The notes: generated by a model from the sequence alone, not told the origin. Shown: positions 17,756 through 26,741, counted from the stretch's first letter. The stretch is 39,099 nt of DNA from a virus (IMGVR_UViG_3300021437_000049:1-39099); one strand, 5' to 3'. Program-made: numbers and translations.

Positions 17756-17781
17756 AGTTACTGACCAACGGGTCATAAATA
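17756..17781 (+). repeat. 26-bp element containing TGACCAACGGGTCA (inverted copy of 15635-15660)
   Basis: AGTTACTGACCAACGGGTCATAAATA. Confidence 0.85.
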
Positions 17782-17829
17782 ATTGTAAACGATTTTGTTG
17801 CCTCCTATCCAGCACACGAGAACTTTGCT

Positions 17830-17884
17830 TTGCTATAAATTTTGGTATTGCAATGATCTTTGACTACTGGTTAAATACACAGCA
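17830..17884 (+). promoter_or_regulatory. LexA-box promoter, copy 2
   Basis: TTGCAA-17-TTAAAT with CTG-GTTAAATACA-CAG (17867-17882); a 21-nt identical block and a 23/24 block shared with copy 1. Confidence 0.78.
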
Positions 17885-17899
17885 AATCAGGGAATAACA

Positions 17900-18085
17900 A
17901 TGAAAATAGTAGTCGCTGCCAAGGGCCAATACTTGGAAACACTTCGCCAATACGCAGGAACGGCTGTAGCCGTACTCCCACATGGGATTGACTGGTCGCC
18001 CGTACTCACAAGCGACGACCCTTTTGCAGCACTTCTGCAATGTCCATTAGAGCGTTTCCCCACTGATCCTCTGGTATTGACCTGA
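17900..18085 (+). CDS. Small LexA-controlled protein converging on cI (candidate antirepressor)
   Basis: AGGGA SD; 61 aa; overlaps the cI 3' end by 80 nt. Confidence 0.55.
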   Translation: MKIVVAAKGQYLETLRQYAGTAVAVLPHGIDWSPVLTSDDPFAALLQCPLERFPTDPLVLT

Positions 18086-18359
18086 GTAGACCGGACACTG
18101 AAGCTAAAGCAGCTTTCAGCTTGTCAGACATTTCTGGTGCAGTCTCCGGTTGAATCATTTCACCCTCACCAGTTGATAGCCAATGTGCGTTGACACCGCA
18201 AATCTTTGCGAATAGAGCAGTATGAGATGAGCTATTCCCACGAGTTATAGCAGTCGATACGGTGCTTTGAGGAAGCTCTGCTTTAGCGACAAATTCCTTT
18301 TGGTTCAGACCAGCGTATTCCATCGCCTGGAGTAGACGTTTTCCGTATTCAGTAGCCAT
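18006..18359 (-). CDS. cI: CI-like XRE HTH repressor lacking an S24 peptidase domain
   Basis: YGKRLLQAMEYAGLNQKEF..QSTVS..CGVNAHWLSTGEGEM; only about 117 aa; divergent from cro. Confidence 0.82.
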   Translation of the reverse strand: MATEYGKRLLQAMEYAGLNQKEFVAKAELPQSTVSTAITRGNSSSHTALFAKICGVNAHWLSTGEGEMIQPETAPEMSDKLKAALASVSGLLRSIPEDQWGNALMDIAEVLQKGRRL

Positions 18360-18383
18360 AGACACAGATTGCCATAAACATAC

Positions 18384-18430
18384 AACGTAAATGCGTTTTG
18401 CTAGAACGCAATTGCGATATAATTTGCGTA
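18384..18430 (+). promoter_or_regulatory. OR operators and pR -10 (TATAAT, 18418-18423); cro probably leaderless
   Basis: AACGTAAATGCGTT (18384) and AACGCAATTGCGAT (18405), 21 bp apart; ATG 6 nt after the -10. Confidence 0.75.
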
Positions 18431-18636
18431 TGTGGAAAAAAATCATCTCGGAAATTCAAGAGCATGGGTCTTTGACTCAGTACGAAATAGGGGAGAAATG
18501 TGGAACTTCCCAATCGACGATCAGTAGCTTGGTCCACAGAGAAGGTAGTGATCCATCTTTCTCTCTTGGCGAAAAGCTCAAGAACCTTCACAGGAAAGTA
18601 ACCAAGCGCTCCAAGAAGGAGGTGGCGAATGTCTGA
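18430..18636 (+). CDS. cro: Cro-like HTH protein
   Basis: LTQYEIGEKCGTSQSTISSL..DPSFSLGEKL. Confidence 0.82.
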   Translation: MWKKIISEIQEHGSLTQYEIGEKCGTSQSTISSLVHREGSDPSFSLGEKLKNLHRKVTKRSKKEVANV

Positions 18637-18901
18637 CCTAGCCTTAATTGCTGCTACTGAATGGGCGAAGGCACATGCTGGCAGATCAGCCGACCCAATC
18701 ACTTTCGGGAAAAACGTGGCACTGGTGTACTGCGCCTGCAGGGATGCGCAGTACCACGCTGGAGACGAGAAGGCTATGGCTGCTTCTCTAGCAGCGTTAT
18801 CAATTCGCCCCGAAGTGCTGCAAGCGATTGCGCAGCTTTCTTCGCTGTCTCTGAGTCTGAAAGTGGAGACACACCAAAAAGATTCGGTTGGTGCTGAATG
18901 A
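18629..18901 (+). CDS. Hypothetical protein
   Basis: AGGAGG SD; overlaps the cro stop. Confidence 0.55.
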   Translation: MSDLALIAATEWAKAHAGRSADPITFGKNVALVYCACRDAQYHAGDEKAMAASLAALSIRPEVLQAIAQLSSLSLSLKVETHQKDSVGAE

Positions 18902-18950
18902 TCAATTTGATGAACTCGTCTGCTTTGTACGCGGCTTCGCTGTCTTTCAC
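18774..18950 (-). CDS. Small antisense gene inside the pR operon (GTG start)
   Basis: AAGGA SD; MKDSEAAYKADEFIKLIIQHQP.. Confidence 0.5.
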   Translation of the reverse strand: MKDSEAAYKADEFIKLIIQHQPNLFGVSPLSDSETAKKAAQSLAALRGELITLLEKQP

Positions 18951-19026
18951 GGGGGATTCCTTTGGTTTCAAGTTGAGGGACTTGAATAGTAAGCCACTGG
19001 AATTCCCCACCCAGGAGGCCAAATAA

Positions 19027-19254
19027 ATGGCAACCCCAGAAGGCTACACAGAGTTGCGGATCGACATTCCGACAGAACTTGCAATGCAAATCGATGCAGT
19101 CGTTCAAGCAAGCAAATTCAAGGCTCGCGCTGAATTTGTGATGCCGCTGCTTGTCGCTGGAGTGAACTATGAAATCCATAAAGCGACTGTGCTCCTCCGC
19201 TGCTGCCGAATCAATCCGCTGCTACCGGAACCGAACCGGAACCCACAAAGTTAA
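19027..19254 (+). CDS. Ribbon-helix-helix-like regulator in the cII position
   Basis: AGGAGG SD; ELRIDIP strand followed by two helices. Confidence 0.6.
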   Translation: MATPEGYTELRIDIPTELAMQIDAVVQASKFKARAEFVMPLLVAGVNYEIHKATVLLRCCRINPLLPEPNRNPQS

Positions 19255-19268
19255 CCAGCGCACAGACC

Positions 19269-19538
19269 ATGAAACACGCAACCAACTTTGCAGCAATGGG
19301 CTTGGCCCATCTGAGCCCAGGCCAAAACGTTTTCAACTGGCGCAAAGAGCCACCACCGCCCAAGACCGCAAGGGAAATTCAGCGCGAAATCGTTGCCCAG
19401 CGCAACAGGGAATTTGCCAGCGCTCGCAGCAAGGCGGTCAGGGCTGCATTGCGTGTCAACAAGCACTCTGAGATTGCAGCATCAACTCCAGATGCTGGTG
19501 TGACCGCTGCCAGGATAAGAAAGAGCGGTGTGATGTGA
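19269..19538 (+). CDS. Hypothetical basic protein
   Basis: 89 aa; coupled to the next gene. Confidence 0.6.
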   Translation: MKHATNFAAMGLAHLSPGQNVFNWRKEPPPPKTAREIQREIVAQRNREFASARSKAVRAALRVNKHSEIAASTPDAGVTAARIRKSGVM

Positions 19539-19750
19539 ATCAGCTAACGGTACTCATAGACGAACGCCGCGCTCTAGCTGCAAAGCTGGCCGGTAAAGAG
19601 CTTGAGATTGCAATGGCTTTAGGCGACCGAGATGCAGCCAAGCGCCACATGAAAGAAATGAACTCTTTGACCATTTCCAGAAAAGCTGCGCGTGATTCAT
19701 GCTTTTTTGTGAAGCATGGAGAAGCTGATCGATTGGAGATTTCAGCTTGA
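19535..19750 (+). CDS. Hypothetical protein
   Basis: GTGA/TTGA coupling. Confidence 0.6.
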   Translation: MNQLTVLIDERRALAAKLAGKELEIAMALGDRDAAKRHMKEMNSLTISRKAARDSCFFVKHGEADRLEISA

Positions 19751-20550
19751 ACTTCTACAAGCGATTCATGGCGGACTATGCCAAAAAAACGTCAAGGCTA
19801 ACTCTTGCCCAGCATGGCGCATACACGCTTCTACTGGACGAGCTGTACACCACTGAGGAAGGACTTCCTTCTGAACTTGTTGAGTTGTACCGAATTTGTC
19901 GTGCCATGACAAAGCCAGAGCAGGAAGCAGTTAAGTTTGTGGCCGAAATCTATTTTCCTGTTGGTCATGATGGGCTTCGCAGAAACGAGCGGGCATCTGA
20001 AGAACTTAACCTAGCGGCACCAGCCATGGAAGCAGCTAGGTTAAATGGGAAGAAGGGAGGAAGGCCAAAAACAGAACCTATTGGGGTTGAAATAAATAAC
20101 CCAGTGGGTTTTATAAATGGAACCGACTGGGGTCGAAACGGAAAAGCTCCTCATAGCTCAGAAGTAATACCAGAAGATAAATCTTCTTCGTCAGCAAAGC
20201 TGCCGGATTGCCCGCATGACCACCTGATCGACTTGTTTGCCAAAAACCTGCCCGAGCTTCCGCAGCCTCGGAAAAGCCTTTGGGCAGCAGGCAAGAACGC
20301 AACAGCACTCAAGTCCCGTTGGCGCTGGGTTATGACAGCGAAGTACGAGTCCGGTGATAGGGCTGGAACTCGCATGGCGACCACGGTTGACGATGGGTTG
20401 GCGTGGTTTGACCGCTTTTTTTCTTACGTCGCAAAGTCCGATTGGCTCACTGGGAAAACATCGCCTTGGTCGGCTGATTTGGGGTGGCTGTCAAACGCAT
20501 CGAACTTTGAAAAAGTGCTCCAAGGCAACTACGAAAACCAAAAGACATGA
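19747..20550 (+). CDS. Replication initiator (DUF1376/YdaU-like N-terminus)
   Basis: NFYKRFMADY..LTLAQHGAYTLLLD, NGKKGGRP and NFEKVLQGNY motifs; precedes the helicase. Confidence 0.85.
   Translation: MNFYKRFMADYAKKTSRLTLAQHGAYTLLLDELYTTEEGLPSELVELYRICRAMTKPEQEAVKFVAEIYFPVGHDGLRRNERASEELNLAAPAMEAARLNGKKGGRPKTEPIGVEINNPVGFINGTDWGRNGKAPHSSEVIPEDKSSSSAKLPDCPHDHLIDLFAKNLPELPQPRKSLWAAGKNATALKSRWRWVMTAKYESGDRAGTRMATTVDDGLAWFDRFFSYVAKSDWLTGKTSPWSADLGWLSNASNFEKVLQGNYENQKT
20075..20134 (+). repeat. Iteron-like repeats (probable origin) within the initiator gene
   Basis: AACCTATTGGGGTT, AACCCAGTGGGTTT and AACCGACTGGGGTC at 20075, 20098 and 20121 (23-bp period). Confidence 0.55.
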
Positions 20551-21890
20551 CCGAAACAACCCTTGTTGCATTGCCAACGGCAACGGAATCTGAAATGCAG
20601 ATTCTGACCACATTGATGACCTATCCGCAGGCATTTGACGAGTGCGGTGATTTGAAGCCAGAACACTTTCAGACCGATTGGATGCGGTCGGTGTACGTCG
20701 AAATGGCGCACCAAAACAGCAAAGGCCCATTCGATCCCCTGACTCTGGCAGAGAGCTTGCAGGGTATTGCATCACTTCTGGAACTTCACCAGATTGCCAA
20801 CGCCCACGCATCATTGCGGACTTTCAAATCCCACGTTGGCAAGGTCATTGCAGCCTACAAGTCGCGCCAGTTGCTCCAAATCTCTGGGTTGATGTCGGAC
20901 TTGGCTTTTGAGACTAGCCCGATTCAAGAACGCCTGGACACGGTGAACGTGGAGATTGCAAAGCTGGAAGACCAAGAGGACTTTGGCGAATGGATTGACG
21001 CACACGAATCGGCAATCAAGCATTTGGAACTCATAGAGCAACGAGAAGCCGGAACTATTGCTGGCATGGCATCAGGAATTTCCGACTTTGACGAATTGTT
21101 AGATGGTGGCTTCCAGCGCGGAAATCTGGTTGTCATCGGCGCAAGGCCCAGCATGGGCAAGTCTGCCTTGGGTTTGACTATCGGCCTGCACATGGCGCAG
21201 GACTACAAAGTCGGCTTCATCAGCATGGAAATGTCTCGCGCCGATGTGAGCGACCGGCAAGCGGCAATTCTGGGAAGTATTTCAATCTCAGACATCAAGC
21301 GGCCAAAGCGCGGATTGCAGTATGACAGGCTTGTGGAATCGGTAGAGCGATCCAAATTCAGGCACTTCTATGTAGTCGAGCAGGGTGGTTTGAACATCCT
21401 ACAAGTGCGTGCCAAGGCAAAAGCACTTCGCCGCCGCAAGGGTTTGGATGTGCTGATTGTGGATTACATCGGCCTGATGTCTGGCATGGACTCCAAGGTA
21501 TCACGGGCCTATCAGATTGAGGAAATCAGTCGCGGCTTGAAGACTCTGGCTAAAGAGCTTGGGATCGTTGTTATTTGCCTTGCACAAGTAAACCGGGGAG
21601 CGGCAGACAAGGGAAATTCACCGCCCGGACTGCATGAGCTGCGTGACTCTGGAGCCATTGAGCAAGACGCAGACGTTGTGGGGTTCATCCATCGGCCAAT
21701 CATGGCAAACCCTGATTTTGGATCGCAGTGGGCCAACTACGCACTGTTGCGGGTTTCAAAGAACCGCCAAGGCCGAACGGGTGACGTTCACCTGTTCTAT
21801 GTGGGTGAGCAAACCAAGTTTGGGCAGTGGAGTGGCGAGATTCCTTCCAACGCATTGGCAGAGCCAAAGACGAAAGGTTTCCAGAGATGA
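20547..21890 (+). CDS. dnaB: Replicative DNA helicase
   Basis: GARPSMGKS, VDYIGL, LAQVNR, LRDSGAIEQDAD and KNRQG motifs. Confidence 0.96.
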   Translation: MTETTLVALPTATESEMQILTTLMTYPQAFDECGDLKPEHFQTDWMRSVYVEMAHQNSKGPFDPLTLAESLQGIASLLELHQIANAHASLRTFKSHVGKVIAAYKSRQLLQISGLMSDLAFETSPIQERLDTVNVEIAKLEDQEDFGEWIDAHESAIKHLELIEQREAGTIAGMASGISDFDELLDGGFQRGNLVVIGARPSMGKSALGLTIGLHMAQDYKVGFISMEMSRADVSDRQAAILGSISISDIKRPKRGLQYDRLVESVERSKFRHFYVVEQGGLNILQVRAKAKALRRRKGLDVLIVDYIGLMSGMDSKVSRAYQIEEISRGLKTLAKELGIVVICLAQVNRGAADKGNSPPGLHELRDSGAIEQDADVVGFIHRPIMANPDFGSQWANYALLRVSKNRQGRTGDVHLFYVGEQTKFGQWSGEIPSNALAEPKTKGFQR

Positions 21891-22330
21891 ATGCAAACAA
21901 CTGGGGCAACATCCGAGCGCATTACAAAAGGGTAACGCCGCTGATCTTGGAATGCCCAAAGAACGAATGGGCGATAGACCCCTATGAGGCGGACTCTATT
22001 GGAATTTATTTCACGCCAATAGAGGCATGGCTATGGAACGACATTCGGGCTATTGATTTGGTTTTGTACCCACAGTATCCAGTGCTGAATTTCTTTGTGG
22101 ACTTTGCAAACCCAAAGGCCAAGGTGGCCATTGAGTGCGATGGAGCTGCCTATCACGATGAAACCAAAGACGCTGAACGCGATGAAAAACTGCGCGCTGC
22201 CGGCTGGACTGTTTACCGAATCAGCGGGAAAGACTGCCGCGATGGCGTGAACCTGGAATCTGGCGAACAAAGCAAGGCGCGTCAGTTTATTCACCGCGTT
22301 GCCCAAAACCACAACATTAAACGACCATGA
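21887..22330 (+). CDS. DUF559/Vsr-like endonuclease
   Basis: TPIE..LW, QYPV..FFVDF, IECDG..YH and RD..L...GW.VYR motifs. Confidence 0.85.
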   Translation: MNANNWGNIRAHYKRVTPLILECPKNEWAIDPYEADSIGIYFTPIEAWLWNDIRAIDLVLYPQYPVLNFFVDFANPKAKVAIECDGAAYHDETKDAERDEKLRAAGWTVYRISGKDCRDGVNLESGEQSKARQFIHRVAQNHNIKRP

Positions 22331-22516
22331 ATGAATCATTTTCAGAAGCAGTTGGACTGGCTGGTAACGATGTCGAAGCATCCGGGATTCAAGGCACATG
22401 CATGGCGCAGGGCTCAGGAACTGGACGAGGTAGACCTATTCAAGGGCATCAAGAATGCATTAACGAGCGAGATGCAGCAATCCCAGCGACTTACCGACGT
22501 TCATGGGCGGAAGTGA
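22331..22516 (+). CDS. Small hypothetical protein
   Basis: 61 aa between the nuclease and rusA; an alternative frame 22327-22545 is also open. Confidence 0.5.
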   Translation: MNHFQKQLDWLVTMSKHPGFKAHAWRRAQELDEVDLFKGIKNALTSEMQQSQRLTDVHGRK

Positions 22517-22541
22517 TGTTTGGAATGCGGGAGGGTTTGCT

Positions 22542-22919
22542 GTGAATGTAGTTTTGCCATGGCCAAGCAAAGACCTTTCACCAAATGCAAGGGTGCATTG
22601 GTCCAATAAAAGCAAGGCTGCAAAAGCCTACCGGGCCGCATGTGGCTGGCAAGTGCTGTCTGTCCCCCGGCCAACATTTGCGGCAGCAGGCCCCATCACT
22701 CTCGATATTGAGTTTGTGGAGCCTGACCACCGCTACAAGAGGGACATGGACAACATGCTGGCTTCCATCAAATCCGGCATTGATGGCATTGCCGACGCTC
22801 TTGGTGTAAACGACCGCAGATTCGTTTTCCGAATCAGCCGGTCGGAAGAAATTGGAGGAATGGTCCGGGTGCGCATTTCTGAGGATGTGCAACTGGTGAC
22901 GCAGGGGGCAACACCATGA
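22542..22919 (+). CDS. rusA: RusA-like Holliday junction resolvase
   Basis: LPWP..LSPN and RDMDNMLASIKSGIDGIADALGVND motifs. Confidence 0.85.
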   Translation: MNVVLPWPSKDLSPNARVHWSNKSKAAKAYRAACGWQVLSVPRPTFAAAGPITLDIEFVEPDHRYKRDMDNMLASIKSGIDGIADALGVNDRRFVFRISRSEEIGGMVRVRISEDVQLVTQGATP

Positions 22920-23386
22920 GTGAATTGGTGATCTTCAAAAACGAACAGGGCCGACTTGAGGGGTTCGGGGAAAAAGGCCGTAGGGCGTACATGAAGTTTC
23001 GCAAGCTGGTTGAGGAACTGGCCCCAGGTGAAATGCTTGGGTTCTCCTACAAGATTCCCCGCAGCCCCCAGCACCATCGATTCGTGTTCGCACGCTTTCA
23101 GGCTCTGCTTGATCGCCAGGAGACTTTCTCCGACTTGGAACACCTGATCATTTTCCTGAAAGTCGGGGCTGGCTTCGTGGATTACATGGCTGGCCCGCGT
23201 GGTGAGCTGGTCGCCATTCCGAAGTCCATCGCATGGGACCGGCTGGAGGAACAGGACTTCATAGAGGCCAAGAGGCTTATTTGGGACTTCCTTTGGACAG
23301 ACATAGCCCAGGCAGCACTCTGGCCCCACTTATCCAGAGAAAAGCAGTACGCCATGGTTGACCAGTGGGTTAGGGAGGCTGGCTGA
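22916..23386 (+). CDS. nin-region protein (DUF1367-like)
   Basis: PRSPQHHRFVFA and IPKSIAW motifs. Confidence 0.65.
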   Translation: MSELVIFKNEQGRLEGFGEKGRRAYMKFRKLVEELAPGEMLGFSYKIPRSPQHHRFVFARFQALLDRQETFSDLEHLIIFLKVGAGFVDYMAGPRGELVAIPKSIAWDRLEEQDFIEAKRLIWDFLWTDIAQAALWPHLSREKQYAMVDQWVREAG

Positions 23387-23670
23387 TGGCCAAGTCAAAA
23401 GAAATCATCCACAAAAGCAAGGTTGCTGAATTGGGCTGTGCCATGTGCCACCGCCTGTATGGGCCACACCCCCCAGCAGAAGTGGAACTCCACCATCTTC
23501 GCGGCGGCGGCTGGGGTAAGGGAGATTACATGACCCTCATGCCACTTTGCTTCCGCCATCACCGGGGATCAGAGGGCATCCATCACGTGGGCGTGAAGCT
23601 TTGGGAACGCGAATTTGGAGTCACACAAAGGGAATTATTGGCATGGACGCTGGAGCAAATCAAGAAATGA
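23386..23670 (+). CDS. Ref-like HNH recombination nuclease
   Basis: VAELGCAMC..ELHHLR..PLCFRHH..GIH..FGVTQRELL. Confidence 0.8.
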   Translation: MAKSKEIIHKSKVAELGCAMCHRLYGPHPPAEVELHHLRGGGWGKGDYMTLMPLCFRHHRGSEGIHHVGVKLWEREFGVTQRELLAWTLEQIKK

Positions 23671-24176
23671 AGCAAATGATCGAGGACACCCTGTTTCTCA
23701 TGAAGATCATGGACCGTACCCAGGAGATTGATGGGTGCCTTGAGTGGACAGGTGCACTAGACACCCACGGCGTACCAGTCATTCGGAAAATAGGTGACCG
23801 CAAGCTTTGGTAGGTGCGCAGGGTGATATTTGACTTTACCGGAAAGCCTCTGGGTGCAGCGGAAGTCATGACGTATCGGTGCACGAACTCGCTTTGCATC
23901 AAGCACATCAAAAAGATCAGCCGCAAAGACCTAACAAAGCGCAGCGTAGATCTCACCGGCTATCCCCAGGGCGCTGCTAGGTGCAAGAAAATTGCAGCGA
24001 ACAAGCGCGTCAATGCAAAGCTGACACCTAAAATTGTGGCGGAAATCAGGGCATCTGGCCTGACTTGTAGGGAAGCAGGTAAACGATTTGGAATTGCCCA
24101 CTCCACTGCGGCTGAGATCATTGGCCACCGCATGTGGAAAGACTACAGCAACCCATTCTCGGGGTTGATGGCATGA
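23667..24176 (+). pseudogene. HNH-like/HTH protein with an in-frame TAG at 23811-23813
   Basis: CLEWTGA before the stop continues into RCTNSLC and AKLT..IVAEIR..HTH after it, in the same frame. Confidence 0.72.
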
Positions 24177-24700
24177 GAAAGATAAGCGCCTACGCCAGGA
24201 AGATACGCCGGTCCGGTAACAACGGATTCAACGGTTCAGAGTGGTTGAACACCATCCAGAAGTGCCAGTCTTACTCTGATGAACCGCCCGTAGGCTCATG
24301 GCTGCAAGAGGGCACCGCGACCATTGTCACGACAGTGCTGGCCAGGGTGCACTCAGCATTCAGGTCCATGGTCGATGGCTGCACCCCACCAGACAACACA
24401 GAAGATTTCGACCTGATGGCCCATGCGCTGGGTGTGGCCGACATCAGATCACTGCAAATCGCTGGGGACGTGGACAACCCCATGCGCCCAGACATTAAAG
24501 CTGCATCAGATGCATTGCTGGCCGTGCGTGCGCGCCGCGTGAAGTGGGGCAAGTGGGAAGTCATAAAGGCAGAAGAATTGGCAATCGATGCAGGGATCGC
24601 AATTTACGAAACGATCCTTGAAGCCAGCAGCCCGGGCCAGATGGCAAAAGCATCAGAAATGCGCGCACAAATTCTCAGAGGAAAGACTTACCCATTATGA
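24173..24700 (+). CDS. Hypothetical protein
   Basis: ATGA coupling on both sides; 175 aa. Confidence 0.75.
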   Translation: MRKISAYARKIRRSGNNGFNGSEWLNTIQKCQSYSDEPPVGSWLQEGTATIVTTVLARVHSAFRSMVDGCTPPDNTEDFDLMAHALGVADIRSLQIAGDVDNPMRPDIKAASDALLAVRARRVKWGKWEVIKAEELAIDAGIAIYETILEASSPGQMAKASEMRAQILRGKTYPL

Positions 24701-25107
24701 AAAAAGATAAGGCTTTGACTGTTCAGCAGGAGGCTTTTGCACAGGGTTTGGCTTCGGGATTGAGTCAGTCGGCGGCGTACCGGCAGGCTTACCCAAAGTC
24801 GCAAAAGTGGAAAGATTCGACAGTTTGGGAGCAAGCCTCCAAGCTTGCCGCTAATAACAAGGTTATCGCAAGGGTGGCTGAGTTGACCGCAGAACTTGCA
24901 GCTAAGCAGCTCTGGCGGCGTGAAGATTCAGTTCGTGTGCTGCGCGAGGTGGCAGATAGCGAAAAGGGTTCGGAGCGGGTGCAGGCGGTAAAAGAATTGA
25001 ATGCAATGCACGGTTTCAATGAGCCTATCAAGTTGGAGCATTCGGGTGGCATGAATGTGGCACTGGTCGTTCGTGGAGTTGTCCCGAAGGATTCTCATGA
25101 CCGCTAA
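24697..25107 (+). CDS. terS: Terminase small subunit
   Basis: LTVQQEAFAQGL..SQSAAYRQAY..ASKL and LEHSG motifs; precedes terL. Confidence 0.88.
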   Translation: MKKDKALTVQQEAFAQGLASGLSQSAAYRQAYPKSQKWKDSTVWEQASKLAANNKVIARVAELTAELAAKQLWRREDSVRVLREVADSEKGSERVQAVKELNAMHGFNEPIKLEHSGGMNVALVVRGVVPKDSHDR

Positions 25108-26359
25108 TGAGATTGCCTGCGATGTTCCCGCTGCGCTACTTCCTTTGACTGCGCCTTGCCGGATGAAGGTGGTGTACGGTGGACGCGGGTCTGGCAAAAG
25201 CTGGTCTGTGGCTCGGTTGCTGGTGGCAATGGCTGCAGCAAAGCCAATGCGGGTTTTGTGTGCGCGTGAAACGCAAAAATCCATTCAGGAGTCGGTTCAC
25301 AAGCTGCTAAAAGACCAGATTGATTCACTTGGTCTGCAATCCATCTTCACGGTGCAAGAAACCCGAATTATTGGAAGCAATGGGTCTGAATTCAGTTTTG
25401 CCGGTATCAGACAGCAAGGGATTGCAAACCTCAAATCCTTTGAGGGTGTTGATGTGTGCTGGGTGGAGGAGGCTCAGGTCGTATCAAAGCGCTCTTGGGA
25501 TGTGCTGATTCCGACTATTCGCAAGCCGGGGTCTGAAATATGGATGACATTCAACCCAGAGCTAGACACGGACGAAACCTACACCCGGTTCGTGCTTAAC
25601 CCGCCTGACGAATCTTTGGTTATTAGGTGCAATTGGTCCGAAAACCCTTGGTTTCCTGCAGAGCTTGAGAAGGAGCGTTTGGGATGGCTAAAGCGTGATC
25701 CAGATGGGTACAAGACGGTATGGGATGGGCAGTGTAGGGCGGCGGTCGAGGGCGCGATTTACGCCAATGAGATTGCAAAACTTCAGGCTGATGGGCGGGT
25801 GTGCAATGCGCCTGTTGATCCACTGTTGAAGGTGCACACCATTTGGGATTTGGGCTGGAATGATGCAATGTCCATACTGATGGTGCAGCGCTCGGGATCG
25901 GGCGAGTTGCGCATTGTGGATTACATCGAGGACGATCACCGCACGCTAGACAGCTACGTTGCAGACATCAAGACCCGGGGTTTTCAGTGGGGGACGGACT
26001 TTATCCCACATGACGGGCGCAGCAAGGACTTTAAGTCTGGGAAAAGCACTGAAGAAATGCTGCAGGCCATGGGGCGCACGGTGACAGTGCTTGGGCGTGA
26101 CGACATTGAGGAGGGCATTCGGCTGGCTCGGATGATGTTTCCGCGCTGCTGGGTGGACCGCAAGGCTCAGGCGCTTATCAACCGGCTGAAGCGATACAAG
26201 CGGGTGCAAAACGTGTCTACCGGCGAGTTTGGTGCCCCTTTGCATGACGAGAACAGCCATGGTGCTGACTGCTGGCGGTATCTGGCGATGGCTGAACCGC
26301 AGATGACCAATGACGATTGGGGCGGTGCCCTGAAATACCCGAATTACAACGTTGCTTGA
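25097..26359 (+). CDS. terL: Terminase large subunit (PBSX/Sf6-like, headful type)
   Basis: YGGRGSGKS, WVEEAQ, PTIRKPGSEIW.TFNP, WDLG and SHGADCWRY motifs. Confidence 0.96.
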   Translation: MTANEIACDVPAALLPLTAPCRMKVVYGGRGSGKSWSVARLLVAMAAAKPMRVLCARETQKSIQESVHKLLKDQIDSLGLQSIFTVQETRIIGSNGSEFSFAGIRQQGIANLKSFEGVDVCWVEEAQVVSKRSWDVLIPTIRKPGSEIWMTFNPELDTDETYTRFVLNPPDESLVIRCNWSENPWFPAELEKERLGWLKRDPDGYKTVWDGQCRAAVEGAIYANEIAKLQADGRVCNAPVDPLLKVHTIWDLGWNDAMSILMVQRSGSGELRIVDYIEDDHRTLDSYVADIKTRGFQWGTDFIPHDGRSKDFKSGKSTEEMLQAMGRTVTVLGRDDIEEGIRLARMMFPRCWVDRKAQALINRLKRYKRVQNVSTGEFGAPLHDENSHGADCWRYLAMAEPQMTNDDWGGALKYPNYNVA

Positions 26360-26369
26360 AATGAATTGC

Positions 26370-26741
26370 ATGAGTCGTCGCGCTTCCGTTAAACCCGATT
26401 GGCTTGACCGCATGTTGGTAGGGTGGGGGCTAAAAAGCCTGCACCAGCACGGCAACGGCTGGTACAGAATCAACCCCATGCTCAAGGACGGCATACCAAC
26501 GGGCAGGCCACCGGGCGAGTTGTTTGAGTTGGGCGGAGAGGATTACAAGGCGCTGGAGGTGGCTATCCATGCTTTGCCTGATGTGCAGCGTGCGGCCATT
26601 ACCCGGGCATACAAACCTTGGACGGCGCATAGCATTGATGCTCTCAGCGCGGTGGATACATCAACATGGTGCCGCAGATTGCAGGCGGCGGCGCTGACTT
26701 TGGCTGCTGCGATGCAAAGGGATATTGCAAACAGCCAATAA
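26370..26741 (+). CDS. Late-gene regulator, antiterminator Q-like
   Basis: LDRMLVGWG and VAIHALPDVQRAAITRAY..CRRLQAA; followed by a promoter and terminator. Confidence 0.62.
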   Translation: MSRRASVKPDWLDRMLVGWGLKSLHQHGNGWYRINPMLKDGIPTGRPPGELFELGGEDYKALEVAIHALPDVQRAAITRAYKPWTAHSIDALSAVDTSTWCRRLQAAALTLAAAMQRDIANSQ

